Origin: a virus
Taxonomy: Duplodnaviria; Caudoviricetes
Reading direction: 5' to 3' (one strand)
IMG/VR virus record: IMGVR_UViG_3300035522_000179
Span: 32,001-96,000 of that record
DNA: 64,000 nt
Position 1 is the first letter of the stretch. Every line of letters starts with the position of its first letter. The position numbers and the translations under genes were made by a program. The notes below the pieces were generated by a model that was not told the origin of the DNA, searched no databases, and worked only from the letters and a program-made list of their open reading frames with translations. This document shows positions 48,201-56,727 of the stretch, in pieces.

Positions 48201-50792
48201 ATTCCTACAACGATTAGTTACGTTGCAAACAAGATAAAAGAGAAATTAGGATTTCTCGGAAATTCCTTGTTTAAGATCTTGAAAAAGGTTGCCATCGGTG
48301 ACAACGATGATCTCGATGACGACGAAGAAGATACCGAAAGCGGAAGTGGTGGTAAAGGTGGATATGGAGGAGTTCCTTTCTATTCCCAAAAAGACCCGAA
48401 ATGGAAAAATATGTCTTATGATAAAGGTGGTTCTGGAGATACCATGGGAACTGCTGGATGCGGTCCTACTGCATTCGCAATGGCAGCTTCTGGAGCTACT
48501 GGAGCAAACATAAATCCTGTACAATCCGCTGCGGTTATGAAAAAAGTAGGTGCTCGCGATGATACGGGTACGAACTGGAGTGGTATCGGTAAAGCAGCAA
48601 ATGCTTACGGTATCAGTTCGAGAATGTCTACATCTCCTTCTACTGGATTTGTAGATTCTGAAATTGCTTCTGGAAATCCTGTTATCTTATCAGGAAGATC
48701 CGGTGGTTATGGCGATACTCCTTATACCCCTCAAGGTCACTATGTAGTGGTAACTGGAAAAGATACAGAAGGAAATTATATTGTGAATGATCCTAATAAG
48801 AAATCGGGAGCTTCTAAATATAATAAGTCTGCAATCATGAAAGAAACCGGTGCGGCTTGGGGTATTGGTGGAAAAGGCAGATCTCTTCGTGGTGGTAGAG
48901 GATTTAGAGGACGTGGAGGTAGAGGTACGGAATCAACCGTTGGTAATGTATACCTGGATGATATGTACAGTGATACCGAGGACGAATCTTACGCTACTTA
49001 TACCGAAGGAAAGAAGAGAGCAACACATACGGCATGGATGAAGATTGTTAAGGCAGTAAAGAGAGCGATTGCAGCTCAATCTCCTGGATACAATCAAAGC
49101 AATTGGATTGATATTACTATTGCAAATAAAACGTTAAAGGTGAGAACAGACTGTTCCGGATTTGTTGGAGCATGTTTGAAATACTTTGGTGTTTTGGACG
49201 ATAACACAAATACAACTTCTTATATGTATGCTAACGCAAACAGTGGTGTTATCAAGAATACTGGATTCACTCCTTACGCTTGGTCAGGATGGGATTCATT
49301 AACAGAGGGTGATATCATTGGAAGAGATGGACATGTTGAAATATTTGCATACAATGAGAATGGTAAACACTATGTATACAACTGCGGAAGTAACGCTTCT
49401 GTAAATAATCCTTCTTCAACTCCAGCAGCATATTCCGCTTATACGACTTACTGGAGGCATATGGATGATCTTCCTGCAAATGCAATTAACACAAGTATGA
49501 TTGAATTGGATGATTCCAAAGCTGGTACAACAACCAGTGGAACGGTTGGAAGTGCTGTTGATTCTTCTGGAGATGCAACAACAGATTCTTCTTCCTCTTC
49601 ATCTAGTACAAGTGGTGGATTCCTGAGTAATATCACAACGTTCTTGTCTGAGTTAGGAACAAGAGCAATTAATGGAATTTCAACTGGAGAATGGAATACA
49701 GATTGGTCTGGTGTCTTTGATGGAAGTGATAGTTCGTCGAGTGATGATGCTACGACTTCAACGGACGACTCTTCTAGTACAGATTCAAGTACATCAGCGT
49801 CCTCTTATTCCAGTACTGCGGATCCTTCAATTGTAAATAATGATATAGCATTAAAAGGATGGAGATACTTTACAAATAATGGATATAGTAAAGCAGCAAC
49901 AGCAGCTATCTTAGGTAACCTTCAGCAGGAATCTAATATAGATCCTACTGCTATTCAAGGAAAGGGAAAAGGACCTGCAGCTGGTATTGCTCAATGGGAA
50001 GACTATAACACTAAAAGTGGAAGATGGTTGGACCTGAAAAACTATGCAGATTCAAAAAACAAAGATTGGACCGATGCTCAAACACAATTTGAGTTTATCG
50101 ATAAAGAGTTACAAGGAAGAACTAACAGGTTCGAAAATGATTATCCGTTTGATAAAAACGATCCATCTAAAGGTACCACACTAGGAAACGCTGGAGCAAC
50201 CACTACTACATTTGAAGATTGGAAAAAGTCAACAGACGTAGATATGGCAACGAGACAGTTTGAGGGTGCTTTCGAAGTAGCTGGAAAACCTATAATGGAA
50301 AATAGAATTAAGTATGCAAATGGATATTATAAAACCTATGGAAATGGACTGAGTAGTGGTAATATTTCTACTGTTGGTGTAGTTGGTCTGGATGATATGT
50401 ACAGTGCAACAGATGAAGAACTCAGTGCAGGAAAAGGTGGTAAAGGTGGATATGGAGGTTTCGGAGAAGCAATATCCGAAGAAAGCTCTATGTCTAGATC
50501 CGTAAACACACTTGCTAATTCTACGAGCTCTGACTTTAATAATACAAGTGATGTATTAAACAACAGTGATGTTGTGAAATACCTGTCACAGATCGTTACG
50601 ATACTTACGGAATCAAATGGTAAATTGGATGGACTGAAAGATATTAAAAATCTTTCTGGAACAACGAATGTTTACCAGTCCAATACCACAAATAATAACA
50701 ATTTAGAAAAGTCAACTGGAACTTCCAGTGCTTCAAAAACAGATGTATCTAAGAGGTTATTGCATCAGAAAATAGCCGCTGATGGTATCTAA
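39258..50792 (+). CDS. Giant tape-measure-like tail protein with C39-like peptidase, NlpC/P60-like and phage tail lysozyme domains
   Basis: Gly-rich TM-like stretches; FAEGG...VGEEGPELV; YSQKDPKW..GCGPT..HYVV..VNDP; RTDCSGFV..GHVEI; AAILGNLQQES..GIAQW; late motif at 39213. Confidence 0.85.
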   Translation: MAGNKREIKPTDSYQTRSFKLNAQWLKNATKSIGSNAAEVLSDVTPSLYSAASTSADIVRSIKGSSATSKNVKKLIDNNTYVKNARKAISNAFKDLSTGNFNNTDRFGDVDDGKSHTYMSDFDDGAEGEGSNQTVINFNPEGLNSINSSINNQTKAQLQAAKANADIVVATSSAMMTMNQKNAEATLNMLSNINNGIQALVKYNNDTMTNFIQSSMGFYDAIGKAYTSNKNDKKNDEDKRLGFKDILDANGNLKGKDLVKLLGQNTKDAFNTSMVGTLKTMLDTGMDNIVSNPLNVISTVLMKKILPEKIEKSMKSLDKTFASFTTEMLLKASDYFDNLDDGPLAQFGGFLGKSLNIGTDRKSKFKTGGKVTKDAAVFDGITQHAITTEIPKYLRESTSYLRQLVALNGGDPDKALKNSEIFNRETGTFDKYGEYMKDMMGSINESIINTFNDSELGKNLTKVLNSNVIGNNDKESFQELINKFYLAMEKDDRKVLDINRGKDISDIIDGIAGNSKLKDILEESVYSAIDLGEGNLGVNSIRHKARSSRNDRIEELETNNLSDLSTFVKNGNTIDDAIAAVLYGDDGRATQAQNVNPNSVMGHLKSIEDLLYRGINVKVVKDFGDTNGIFDLFGSRRNNSTQTTDSTTPQSNDSDSKLDESAIKDVLAAEESNGSNDGNTSRFIQDNSKRLKNMMHFMITGNTGLAYKEMGGMFGSTISNLGSKLNNSVLEPLKKKIFGDKKEDENGEKEESIFEGVKRVFNNVKKETHDFIFGSKEEGNEKEGIVQKGASLFKEGFEGWKLAIFGSDDEAQKFKEKAQKTLKDRAKSTGMGAVAGAGLGVTMGGVLGNLVGGPLAGAVLGAATGFISKSSKFQEIVFGRESDGQGGFKDGEDENAGIINKKTREFFKNNKTDFIGGGVVGAGLGALTGGGLLGTLVGGPVAGALMGTAVQMVRKSSAFQDMWLGKEDEEGKRSGGMKERLMKAFAGSDAGKEAKSSAKLFGMSAVGSGAGILASFFTPLGPIGGAALGLGASMLAQKEGFHKWLFGDEDKEKGEPGLLKKMGNIIDTHVIMPLADTAKDFMDSAKDAIIDKIVDPLENLLGPLAGLAESIRDSVSDFMEGIKERAKNLFKTITDNAVDALSNVTSKVMDFMKGTIFGKIAGKILGAPGAAMNAIGNKIRKGNEKRSLKRVKGKWKNSNAGKEFYADVDSSWANMSDEEKSQYDDYDDYFNSRAKTKFYYSEDRRGEQAKDRKSRKETREARRQERADITNQKKLIARLTGGATTDITDETKQAALNNFKDSKYYVKNKKLLGMSNEEVMRLLSPKKDEDAAKTQEETLNNAEEQLTAAKESATSLNSIDTKVTEVISYLNQRIFGKDENEPEKEYSNHDQKLIDRADKRNASAEANKKFEEGYNAEKEKKDAERAQNAIDRQKAVEHGFMSEEEAAEEQAAEDEDAARENHQGFKLGKFRRAGLFVKSIFSRNKSVRDSASAVRNMLKSGDASGYDLENAYNAYRDTKKAVKKEKKDSRFAKAFQRRNLAESVKNFVKAGGRAFAEGGETEEPGVVAVGEEGPELVRVKGNEEIIPNDKAIKVQVVAIDDDVTKKLNEEKKDNAIVDVNIVGQNGLLATYGTKATLDENTDNKAQIEKDLSKKDSLVSYDNVKADNDDDNETEEKEEKQSFFSKILSLFGSSGGSGLLGILGKVAVAGAGIYAFFKSETLQNILKSLLSLGGKLLTSLGTTIGDVATDTVENVKWTSENNAYENGADFSTNLSNQAQRATALASGDIGTALLGTDGEADGITSAGLKVGRNIVQKVATGNTGMVRGAASQVKLAKNLISGKGLAESVTDAASGLKGISGAVANMTKSAAEDGAKSVVKDAAKEGSEGILKKVLEKITEVLKSIGETIANKVKGKAADIIKPALKVVEEALDKITKGLYGKFKDLIVKGINKIRNLLTGTAAVASTGVGLIGIVVQKGAFVTLGALNASGKAGAAHLFKCQQEDVDWKMRLIAAAWGGFSQTTPGSIIDIVNEIFAAITGENLICSLASSLYKQISDDDDDAKLEESQAALKEDYQQYQENAYQESYAQYLEDNGLDESQLSYEDYKNGVSSGEIEADIMGFDEYNDKTNQTVGAKLMNGAVNVAKTVGGGIKKVGGAVVTGVKTVGKGVVSGVKAVGKGAATIAKTVGGGVKAAASFVGKGIKSIGSGIGNTMSSAKEALVALNTGRKKIEEEFTNEDGDLSSYMKLDANTLSEDHPFYGLVNTMLGITKIVTIPKMVLTGVLKKIGKSVVSNVKTLIGGVKTLFSAGVDSTVKLQQISKTGDLSALHEFEPEIDDESPMAGVVRGIIGFEKMLYYIPTGVSFVGKKIKDGVVSMLGGVKKIFSTNVNNAAELSKIAVKGDLSGLHEYEPKVDEDVPLAGIVKAVSGFQKMLFYIPAGISFVGHKIADGVVSIVKNIKTDFTNNVKNTTELTKMAVKGDVSGIHSFEPEVNEDSPLSGIMRGLNNVDKIFFYIPAGISFVGHKIADGIKGIVDGVKKVMKTGIDNTSELMKISRTGDFSALGQFEPKVDDDVPLAGVVRGLVGIQKIFYYIPTAFSFVGKKIHAGITSIVDGVKKVMKTGIDNTSELMKISRTGDFSALSAFEPQVDDDVPLAGVVKGLVGIEKMIYYIPTGLSFVGKKIHDGISSMIGGIKKMMSSSLENTSQLKEISKTGDLKALGSFEPQVDDDVPLAGVVKGLVGIEKMIYYIPAGISFVGKKVHDGITSAVNGIKKMMSSSLDNISQLKEISKTGDLTALGQFEPQVDDDVPLAGVVKGLVGIEKMIYYIPTGLSFVGKKIHDGITSAVNGLKKIMTTSLDNTTQLKEISKTGDFSALNNFEADVDDDVPLAGAVRAMVGVEKIFYYIPTAFHFVGNKVSDAFHSFVDGIPKMFKTLKNSMADLNDIAKEGDMEALGKYEMEIDEDTPMSGLIGGIGSIAKILYYIPTTISYVANKIKEKLGFLGNSLFKILKKVAIGDNDDLDDDEEDTESGSGGKGGYGGVPFYSQKDPKWKNMSYDKGGSGDTMGTAGCGPTAFAMAASGATGANINPVQSAAVMKKVGARDDTGTNWSGIGKAANAYGISSRMSTSPSTGFVDSEIASGNPVILSGRSGGYGDTPYTPQGHYVVVTGKDTEGNYIVNDPNKKSGASKYNKSAIMKETGAAWGIGGKGRSLRGGRGFRGRGGRGTESTVGNVYLDDMYSDTEDESYATYTEGKKRATHTAWMKIVKAVKRAIAAQSPGYNQSNWIDITIANKTLKVRTDCSGFVGACLKYFGVLDDNTNTTSYMYANANSGVIKNTGFTPYAWSGWDSLTEGDIIGRDGHVEIFAYNENGKHYVYNCGSNASVNNPSSTPAAYSAYTTYWRHMDDLPANAINTSMIELDDSKAGTTTSGTVGSAVDSSGDATTDSSSSSSSTSGGFLSNITTFLSELGTRAINGISTGEWNTDWSGVFDGSDSSSSDDATTSTDDSSSTDSSTSASSYSSTADPSIVNNDIALKGWRYFTNNGYSKAATAAILGNLQQESNIDPTAIQGKGKGPAAGIAQWEDYNTKSGRWLDLKNYADSKNKDWTDAQTQFEFIDKELQGRTNRFENDYPFDKNDPSKGTTLGNAGATTTTFEDWKKSTDVDMATRQFEGAFEVAGKPIMENRIKYANGYYKTYGNGLSSGNISTVGVVGLDDMYSATDEELSAGKGGKGGYGGFGEAISEESSMSRSVNTLANSTSSDFNNTSDVLNNSDVVKYLSQIVTILTESNGKLDGLKDIKNLSGTTNVYQSNTTNNNNLEKSTGTSSASKTDVSKRLLHQKIAADGI
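46000..48240 (+). repeat. About ten tandem 234-bp (78-aa) intragenic repeats
   Basis: Recurring FEPQVDDDVPLAGVVKGLVGIEKMIYYIPTGLSFVGKKIHDG; period 234 nt (46962 to 47196). Confidence 0.9.
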
Positions 50793-50863
50793 ACTTTCAA
50801 AAAACAAGTTCATAAGGAGTCTAACCCACTCCTTATGAACTTTTGTATTTAGGAGGTGAAAAT

Positions 50864-52378
50864 ATGCCAACATACACAGGTGGATCTTCTTCTAATATCA
50901 AAACGATGAATTTAGGAGAGACTGGAACGGTTACAACCAATATGAGACTTTTTGGTTTACCTTACCAGTTCACATCAACAGTAGATCCTAGAATTAGAAC
51001 AACCTCTGAAAAGGTTGGATATAATTATATTGAAAAGATTTTATTGACTGCTCCTACGGTATTTATTATCCCTGGGAAGTCTGTATTCTTACCAAACGTA
51101 AAAAAGAGTGAGAGAGAATCTACCGCTCATGCATTGTTGGAAGCGTCTAATAACAGTTTCCAACCTTTATTGAACAAGGTTTCAGACAAATCCTCTCATA
51201 AATTACGATATTATGATTTTCAGGAATCTTATACGGAATACATGAAGTATGTTAATGCCATGTGTAGAACCGTTGCTGTATTTTTGGAGTTAACTGAATC
51301 CTTGGATGGAACCTCTTTACAGCAATACTCTTGGCAGAACTATCGATTCAACAAAGAGAAATATGCAAGTGGAGCTATCAGTACAGCCAGTTATGTAATT
51401 GGAAGTACACTAAGCATTATCCGAAGTGCTTGGAGTAAGTTTTCAAACGCAATTCGAGGAACCAGTGTATCTGATTTGGATATTTCAAAGACACTTAATG
51501 TTTCTTCTTCCTCTTCTGAAGCAAAAACATGCAACTTCGTTCAGTTTTATGTAGATCCAAGTGCTAGTGTACAACAAAGCATTGGCAATGAAACCTCTTC
51601 CAGTACTATCAAATCTGGTTTGGATAGTTTGTCAAGTACCGTAAGAGAATATACCTCTGTTGCGCAAGCCGCTGGTCTCGACTTAACTGGATTGGAAGAT
51701 CTTACGTCAAGTGGATTGGATGCATTGTCTCAAACTGCGGGAAATAGTAGTGTAGGAAAGATTTTAAGCCAGGTTCTTTCTGCTGGTTCTGCTGTGGTAA
51801 AAGGAGATAACATCATGCTCCCTGAGATCTATCAATCTTCAAGTTATGGTGTTTCTTATGGAATTAATATTCATTTGAAGAGTCCTTATGGAGATAAATA
51901 TGCAGTATACACAGACGTTATTGTTCCTTTGTTACATTTACTCGCTCTTTGTATTCCTAGACAGGGTACAGCAAATACATATGGATCACCGTTTTTGGTA
52001 AAATGTTATTTCCCTGGAGTATTTAACTGCAACCTTGGAATCGTAGAATCTATGGATATCACAAGACCTTCCTCAGATGATGCGTGGAGTGTTGATGGAT
52101 TACCTACGGAAATTGATGTAGAGTTACGTATCAAAGATCTTTATTCGGATCTGATTATGAGTCCTTCCAATGATCCAAACCTGTTTCAGAATAATACTTC
52201 TTTGATTGATTATCTTGCAACGATTTCTGGTTTGTCCTTAATTGAACCACAGATGTCAACGAGAGCAGAGATGTGGATCAATAACTGGGGATCTGCAATT
52301 CGTGATATTGATGATAATGTCAAAGCAGGAATTTTGGATACCATTGAAAGAAAGTTTTCTGGATTTTTATCTTTATAA
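50864..52378 (+). CDS. Virion structural protein, probably tail-tube initiator/baseplate hub
   Basis: AGGAGGTG RBS, late motif at 50803, follows the tape measure; GLPTEIDVELRIKDL resembles tube-fold proteins. Confidence 0.55.
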   Translation: MPTYTGGSSSNIKTMNLGETGTVTTNMRLFGLPYQFTSTVDPRIRTTSEKVGYNYIEKILLTAPTVFIIPGKSVFLPNVKKSERESTAHALLEASNNSFQPLLNKVSDKSSHKLRYYDFQESYTEYMKYVNAMCRTVAVFLELTESLDGTSLQQYSWQNYRFNKEKYASGAISTASYVIGSTLSIIRSAWSKFSNAIRGTSVSDLDISKTLNVSSSSSEAKTCNFVQFYVDPSASVQQSIGNETSSSTIKSGLDSLSSTVREYTSVAQAAGLDLTGLEDLTSSGLDALSQTAGNSSVGKILSQVLSAGSAVVKGDNIMLPEIYQSSSYGVSYGINIHLKSPYGDKYAVYTDVIVPLLHLLALCIPRQGTANTYGSPFLVKCYFPGVFNCNLGIVESMDITRPSSDDAWSVDGLPTEIDVELRIKDLYSDLIMSPSNDPNLFQNNTSLIDYLATISGLSLIEPQMSTRAEMWINNWGSAIRDIDDNVKAGILDTIERKFSGFLSL

Positions 52379-52395
52379 AAGGAAAAGAAACAACC

Positions 52396-53001
52396 ATGCT
52401 AAAAATGGAAAAAGAGTATGACAAAGACTATGGATCAATTCCAAAAAGAAGTGTAGAGAGATTAACAGAATATTTACAAACCATCAAACCAAGTAAATGG
52501 AAAGAATCCATTTTTGATGATATCAAAAGATTATCATCCGTCAAATGGAAGAAAGAATCTTTTATTGTTTATTTGTTACCAAAAGCTACTCCAAGACCTA
52601 GGTCTACTTCTAATGGATCTTTTTTTTATGTCAAAGGAGCTTCGGACAATAAAAAGTTTTTCTTAAGAAATGTAAAGGATATGGATTTACCAATGATATG
52701 CACACCATGTAAATTCAATTGTGTTGCTTATCTCCCGATTCCAAAATCCATGAATCCGAAAGATCAAATCTTAGCAGAATTTGGTTTTATTCGTCCGATC
52801 AGTAAACCTGACTTTGACAATATAGTAAAGACTTATACTGATATGCTTCAGGATGTGATTTTAGTAGACGATGCATTAATTGTCGAGGGAACCTCCATGA
52901 AGTATTATTCTTGGAAACCACGAATTGAGTTTTCTATAGAATATATGGAAGACTTTGATTGCGATTTCAATAAAAAGAAAATATTAAAAAGAAAGGAATA
53001 A
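52396..53001 (+). CDS. RusA-like Holliday junction resolvase
   Basis: ATPRPR; KPDFDNIVK...D...DDALIV catalytic pattern. Confidence 0.8.
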   Translation: MLKMEKEYDKDYGSIPKRSVERLTEYLQTIKPSKWKESIFDDIKRLSSVKWKKESFIVYLLPKATPRPRSTSNGSFFYVKGASDNKKFFLRNVKDMDLPMICTPCKFNCVAYLPIPKSMNPKDQILAEFGFIRPISKPDFDNIVKTYTDMLQDVILVDDALIVEGTSMKYYSWKPRIEFSIEYMEDFDCDFNKKKILKRKE

Positions 53002-53005
53002 TGAT

Positions 53006-54235
53006 ATGTCCAAACTTTATGGAATTTTTGATAAGACCCTTTATCGAATGTCTACCAAAGTAAATAAGAAACCAAGATGTGTAGACGCGTTCAAATCATC
53101 TACGCTTGTCGTAGAGACTCCAACAGATAAGTCGATTACCACCATGGTTCATATTAACTCTATGGACTTTTACAAAGAGGAAGCGAATGAGGTACTCTAT
53201 GAAAAGATTTTGAATTTCATAGACAAATCAAACGTTACAGGAATCAACACCTTGTTTTACGGATATAAGATTGAGCTTAATTACAACATCTATGACGATC
53301 AAGGAAACCTTCTGGATGGAGGAATCCGCTATATTCAGGCAAATGCAGAAGATGTATTTGTACTTCTTAATATGGATCCACTTACCTTTGCGCTTCCTTA
53401 CCGAAGAGCAATGTGCGTGGAGAAGAAGTTTGTTATTAATAAGATCGGAAGTTCCACTTACGGAGTAATGGATGAGAGACCGGATAAGATTCTGTTTAAG
53501 ATTAACTCCATTCGAATCCTTGCAAACTTTGTAAACAGCGGAATGACCCAGGACGTGATTACTCTTGGAGAATCCGTTCAGGATATGACCTTTGCTTACA
53601 ATTCTTCCACAGTAGTAGATATTAATAAGAACACGGTTGTTTTGTTTGATACCCAGGGAAAAGTAACCTTCCCTACACAACAGATCAACTATCTTCCCAA
53701 TACCATCTATGTAGATTTTGTTGGACTTCTTAATAACTTCTGTGATGTAGCAAATGATGCAGAGATCTGGAAGAGAGTAGAAGCAAACTCTGGTGTTACA
53801 ACCGTAGCTACGAAATGCGAGTGCGCTGAGTGTTCTGACTTTGTTCCAGTTGTGAACAGACCTTCTTGCCATGGAAATTATCCAATGCCTCCTTTGAAAA
53901 AAGAGTGTAAATGCGATGAGACTTGTAAGGTCTGCAATCCTACTACGGATGAAGTTGCAGAAACTCCTCTGGTACCCGATACCGATTGGGATCAAGAGAC
54001 TGATGTTGTTCCGGAACCTGACTATAATCAGGATCATGGGGACATCAATGAAGATGAGTGGTGTTTAGCAGAGTCTTATGAAGAGGGAGATGAAATCTAC
54101 ACCGTTGTTGCAGATGATACTTCCGATGAAGAGTTTGACGCTACCACTATGGTAAAATACTCTGAGGTACAGCCGTTTATTACGGACGTTACCATTGGAG
54201 CAAAAGTAAAGAAAGAATTAGTTATGTACGAATAA
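53006..54235 (+). CDS. Hypothetical protein with Cys-rich linker and acidic C-terminus
   Basis: 409-aa ORF; CECAEC...CKCDETCKVC. Confidence 0.65.
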   Translation: MSKLYGIFDKTLYRMSTKVNKKPRCVDAFKSSTLVVETPTDKSITTMVHINSMDFYKEEANEVLYEKILNFIDKSNVTGINTLFYGYKIELNYNIYDDQGNLLDGGIRYIQANAEDVFVLLNMDPLTFALPYRRAMCVEKKFVINKIGSSTYGVMDERPDKILFKINSIRILANFVNSGMTQDVITLGESVQDMTFAYNSSTVVDINKNTVVLFDTQGKVTFPTQQINYLPNTIYVDFVGLLNNFCDVANDAEIWKRVEANSGVTTVATKCECAECSDFVPVVNRPSCHGNYPMPPLKKECKCDETCKVCNPTTDEVAETPLVPDTDWDQETDVVPEPDYNQDHGDINEDEWCLAESYEEGDEIYTVVADDTSDEEFDATTMVKYSEVQPFITDVTIGAKVKKELVMYE

Positions 54236-54282
54236 AGAAATCACCTCCTTCTACAATCCTTTAATGATTTTTGTAGAAGGAG

Positions 54283-54543
54283 GTGGACCTTATGTACGAT
54301 TCTATCGATGTTAGTATTCAAAACATAAGAGCTTTGATCTATGAGTCTCTTAAATTAAATAGATGTGGGTTTACTGTACTTGACAATAAATCAATTTTAG
54401 TAAATGAGAATATTGAACAAGTGACCAAGTACATTAAAAACTTTATTATTATCCCAGATGTCATTTTATATATGTTAATTTCCATAGAAAAGATAAATGA
54501 TTTTTGCAAAATAACATTTAAAACCCCTAGTAAGATGGACTAA
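54283..54543 (+). CDS. Small hypothetical protein
   Basis: AGGAGGTG RBS overlapping a hairpin; likely ATG at 54292. Confidence 0.5.
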   Translation: MDLMYDSIDVSIQNIRALIYESLKLNRCGFTVLDNKSILVNENIEQVTKYIKNFIIIPDVILYMLISIEKINDFCKITFKTPSKMD

Positions 54544-54561
54544 TCTTACTAGGGGTTATTT

Positions 54562-55578
54562 TTATACCGCTACAGGGAAATCAACTCTCTGCATATGATA
54601 ATAATCTTCTACCTTGACATCATCAATGGTAGTATCAAAGAAGTTCGTTCCTTCGGAAGTAATCTCCAACTTCGGCTCGCAATCGTAAATCTTTACGAAA
54701 TCAAACGTCGGATCTTTCTCCATAAGAGTTTTCACATACTCATTGATTGCGGAGAAGAAAGTTACTGATGCAACATCAAACTCATCATCCTCTAAACTTC
54801 CATTTGCAAGTGCTTCCAGAGTTTTCAAGAAGGTCTCGTTAGTAAACTCCTCCGGATCCTCTTCTTTCTTAGAAGCAAGGTATCTGTCACGGATCTGACC
54901 AACGGACAGAAGCACTCTGTACTGCCCAATCATCTGCTTGCATCCTTCAAACTGATTCTCATAAATGTGAGCATCGGCTGCAACGAAGGTCAAAATCCCA
55001 GGCTCTACTCCAAGATGCTTTGCAAAGAGTTTGTTAAGTACCGTGTACTGGAAGATGTTAAACACTCCTCCGACCAAAATGTCACAGCTTCTGGATACCA
55101 CCAAGACATTCAACTTATTATCGACGATATCCCACGTACTTGTGTAAACACAAGGAGTAATGGACATCTCCGGAAGATCTGCGTTGTTCCACAAATCAAT
55201 CACGGCTCTTCTGGTAGAAGAATCCTTTGCAAGATCATTCAATACCCGATTCACCTGATCGTATTTCTTAATCTGATATCCATAGGTCTTCTGAACGATT
55301 CCGTTCTCATCTGCCCAATCATCCCAGATATGGGGTCTCAAATCATGAATATCATTGCTTCCGTCACGGAAGATCCAGAAGGCTTCCTCAACAGAAGATT
55401 TCCAAAAAGTATGCTTTGATTTTAAAAGCGGGCACTCCGTAGCACAATCTACGGCAAGTACCATGTGAGAGATACGTCTGGTTGCGATTCCAGTTCTCTC
55501 ATTTTTCTGGTAAAAACCATTCTGCATAATGTCAAATACCCAGTTCATAAACTGGTACTCATAGCGTGAAATAGACAT
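54562..55578 (-). CDS. thyA: Thymidylate synthase ThyA (with C-terminal insertion)
   Basis: ERTG, IWDDWAD, YGYQ, SSTRRAVIDLWN, PC, RSCD..G..FN, DAHIYENQ, C-terminal PVAV. Confidence 0.95.
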   Translation of the reverse strand: MSISRYEYQFMNWVFDIMQNGFYQKNERTGIATRRISHMVLAVDCATECPLLKSKHTFWKSSVEEAFWIFRDGSNDIHDLRPHIWDDWADENGIVQKTYGYQIKKYDQVNRVLNDLAKDSSTRRAVIDLWNNADLPEMSITPCVYTSTWDIVDNKLNVLVVSRSCDILVGGVFNIFQYTVLNKLFAKHLGVEPGILTFVAADAHIYENQFEGCKQMIGQYRVLLSVGQIRDRYLASKKEEDPEEFTNETFLKTLEALANGSLEDDEFDVASVTFFSAINEYVKTLMEKDPTFDFVKIYDCEPKLEITSEGTNFFDTTIDDVKVEDYYHMQRVDFPVAV

Positions 55579-55708
55579 ATTCTATTTCCTCCTTTCGTTT
55601 ATTATTCATTTGTCTTTTTCAATATAAGAATCCAATTTGTAAACTGGAAATTTTAATACGTATATTATTGTATTGAATCAAAAGAAATTGAAAGGAGTAC
55701 TACTAATT

Positions 55709-55837
55709 ATGAAAATGCAATTCAAACTTCCTACCAATGATCTTCGAGGTGCTAGAATGGAGTTCAAAATCCGAAGAAAGGATGAGGACGACGACGTGTA
55801 TAGTCCAGATGAGAGTACTGATATTTGCTATTATTAA
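55709..55837 (+). CDS. 42-aa early peptide, not in the ORF track
   Basis: AAGGAG RBS, early motif at 55660, hairpin after the stop. Confidence 0.45.
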   Translation: MKMQFKLPTNDLRGARMEFKIRRKDEDDDVYSPDESTDICYY

Positions 55838-55894
55838 AAAGAATAGAGAATACAGACACGATAAAAAATTCGTGTCTGTATTCATTTTCATATA

Positions 55895-56407
55895 TTACAG
55901 ATCGGTTGCAGTTACAGCCTCTTCTACAGGGGTCTCAGCTACTGTTTCTACGGTCTCTGTGGTTTCTACAGGAGTCTCAACGACTTCTTTAACAACCTCT
56001 GCTACAGGCTCTACGCTAGCAGCTTCGGTATTCTTTTTTTGCTTCTCTTCCCACTCAAGTCTCTTTCTCTCTTTTTTGCTCAAGCTAGAGTACTGAGGAG
56101 TTGCAGTTGTCTGTGTAGTTACTTCATCTTTCTTAATCGGCTCCACTACAGGAGTCTCTTCAACAACGGGAGTTGCATTATTTGCAAATGCAGATACTCC
56201 ACAATTTGCAGCGGTAAGAAGAACCTTCTGACCACTTACGAGAGGGTTAATCTCATATACCTTTTTACCGTTACCTACCAGAGTCTGAATCTGAGACGTG
56301 GTAAGTCTACATTTGTATGCCGGTCCATTGATGCAGCCAAGCTCCACAATCGGACCATTAAACATTACATCACACAATCTTTTCTCGCCATTAAGAACTT
56401 TTGCCAT
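55895..56407 (-). CDS. Hypothetical late protein with E/T/V/P-rich tail
   Basis: AGGAGG RBS. Confidence 0.65.
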   Translation of the reverse strand: MAKVLNGEKRLCDVMFNGPIVELGCINGPAYKCRLTTSQIQTLVGNGKKVYEINPLVSGQKVLLTAANCGVSAFANNATPVVEETPVVEPIKKDEVTTQTTATPQYSSLSKKERKRLEWEEKQKKNTEAASVEPVAEVVKEVVETPVETTETVETVAETPVEEAVTATDL

Positions 56408-56421
56408 TTTTATTTTTCCTC

Positions 56422-56727
56422 CTATTCGGCATTATCGATCACACCAATGATGTCATCAATGTCAATCTCGTTATCTTCAGATAACAGCATTCTTCCAATT
56501 TCTTCCTTCTCATCACAAGCATCATCCGGAAGTTCATTTAACAGTTCATCAAGTTCTGCATCGTCCATCATGTCAAGTGAAGACTCGGAAAAAATATCGA
56601 AAGAAGCCTGAACAACCAAAGAATCTGCAACAGACTCTTCTACTTCAGAATAAATTTTTTCTATTTTAGCTGTATCCTTCGCTCTTTCCTCAGCGATGGA
56701 ACGAATACCAGTGTTGATTAATCCCAT
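56422..56727 (-). CDS. Small acidic late protein
   Basis: Late motif at 56764-56775; AAGG RBS. Confidence 0.6.
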   Translation of the reverse strand: MGLINTGIRSIAEERAKDTAKIEKIYSEVEESVADSLVVQASFDIFSESSLDMMDDAELDELLNELPDDACDEKEEIGRMLLSEDNEIDIDDIIGVIDNAE

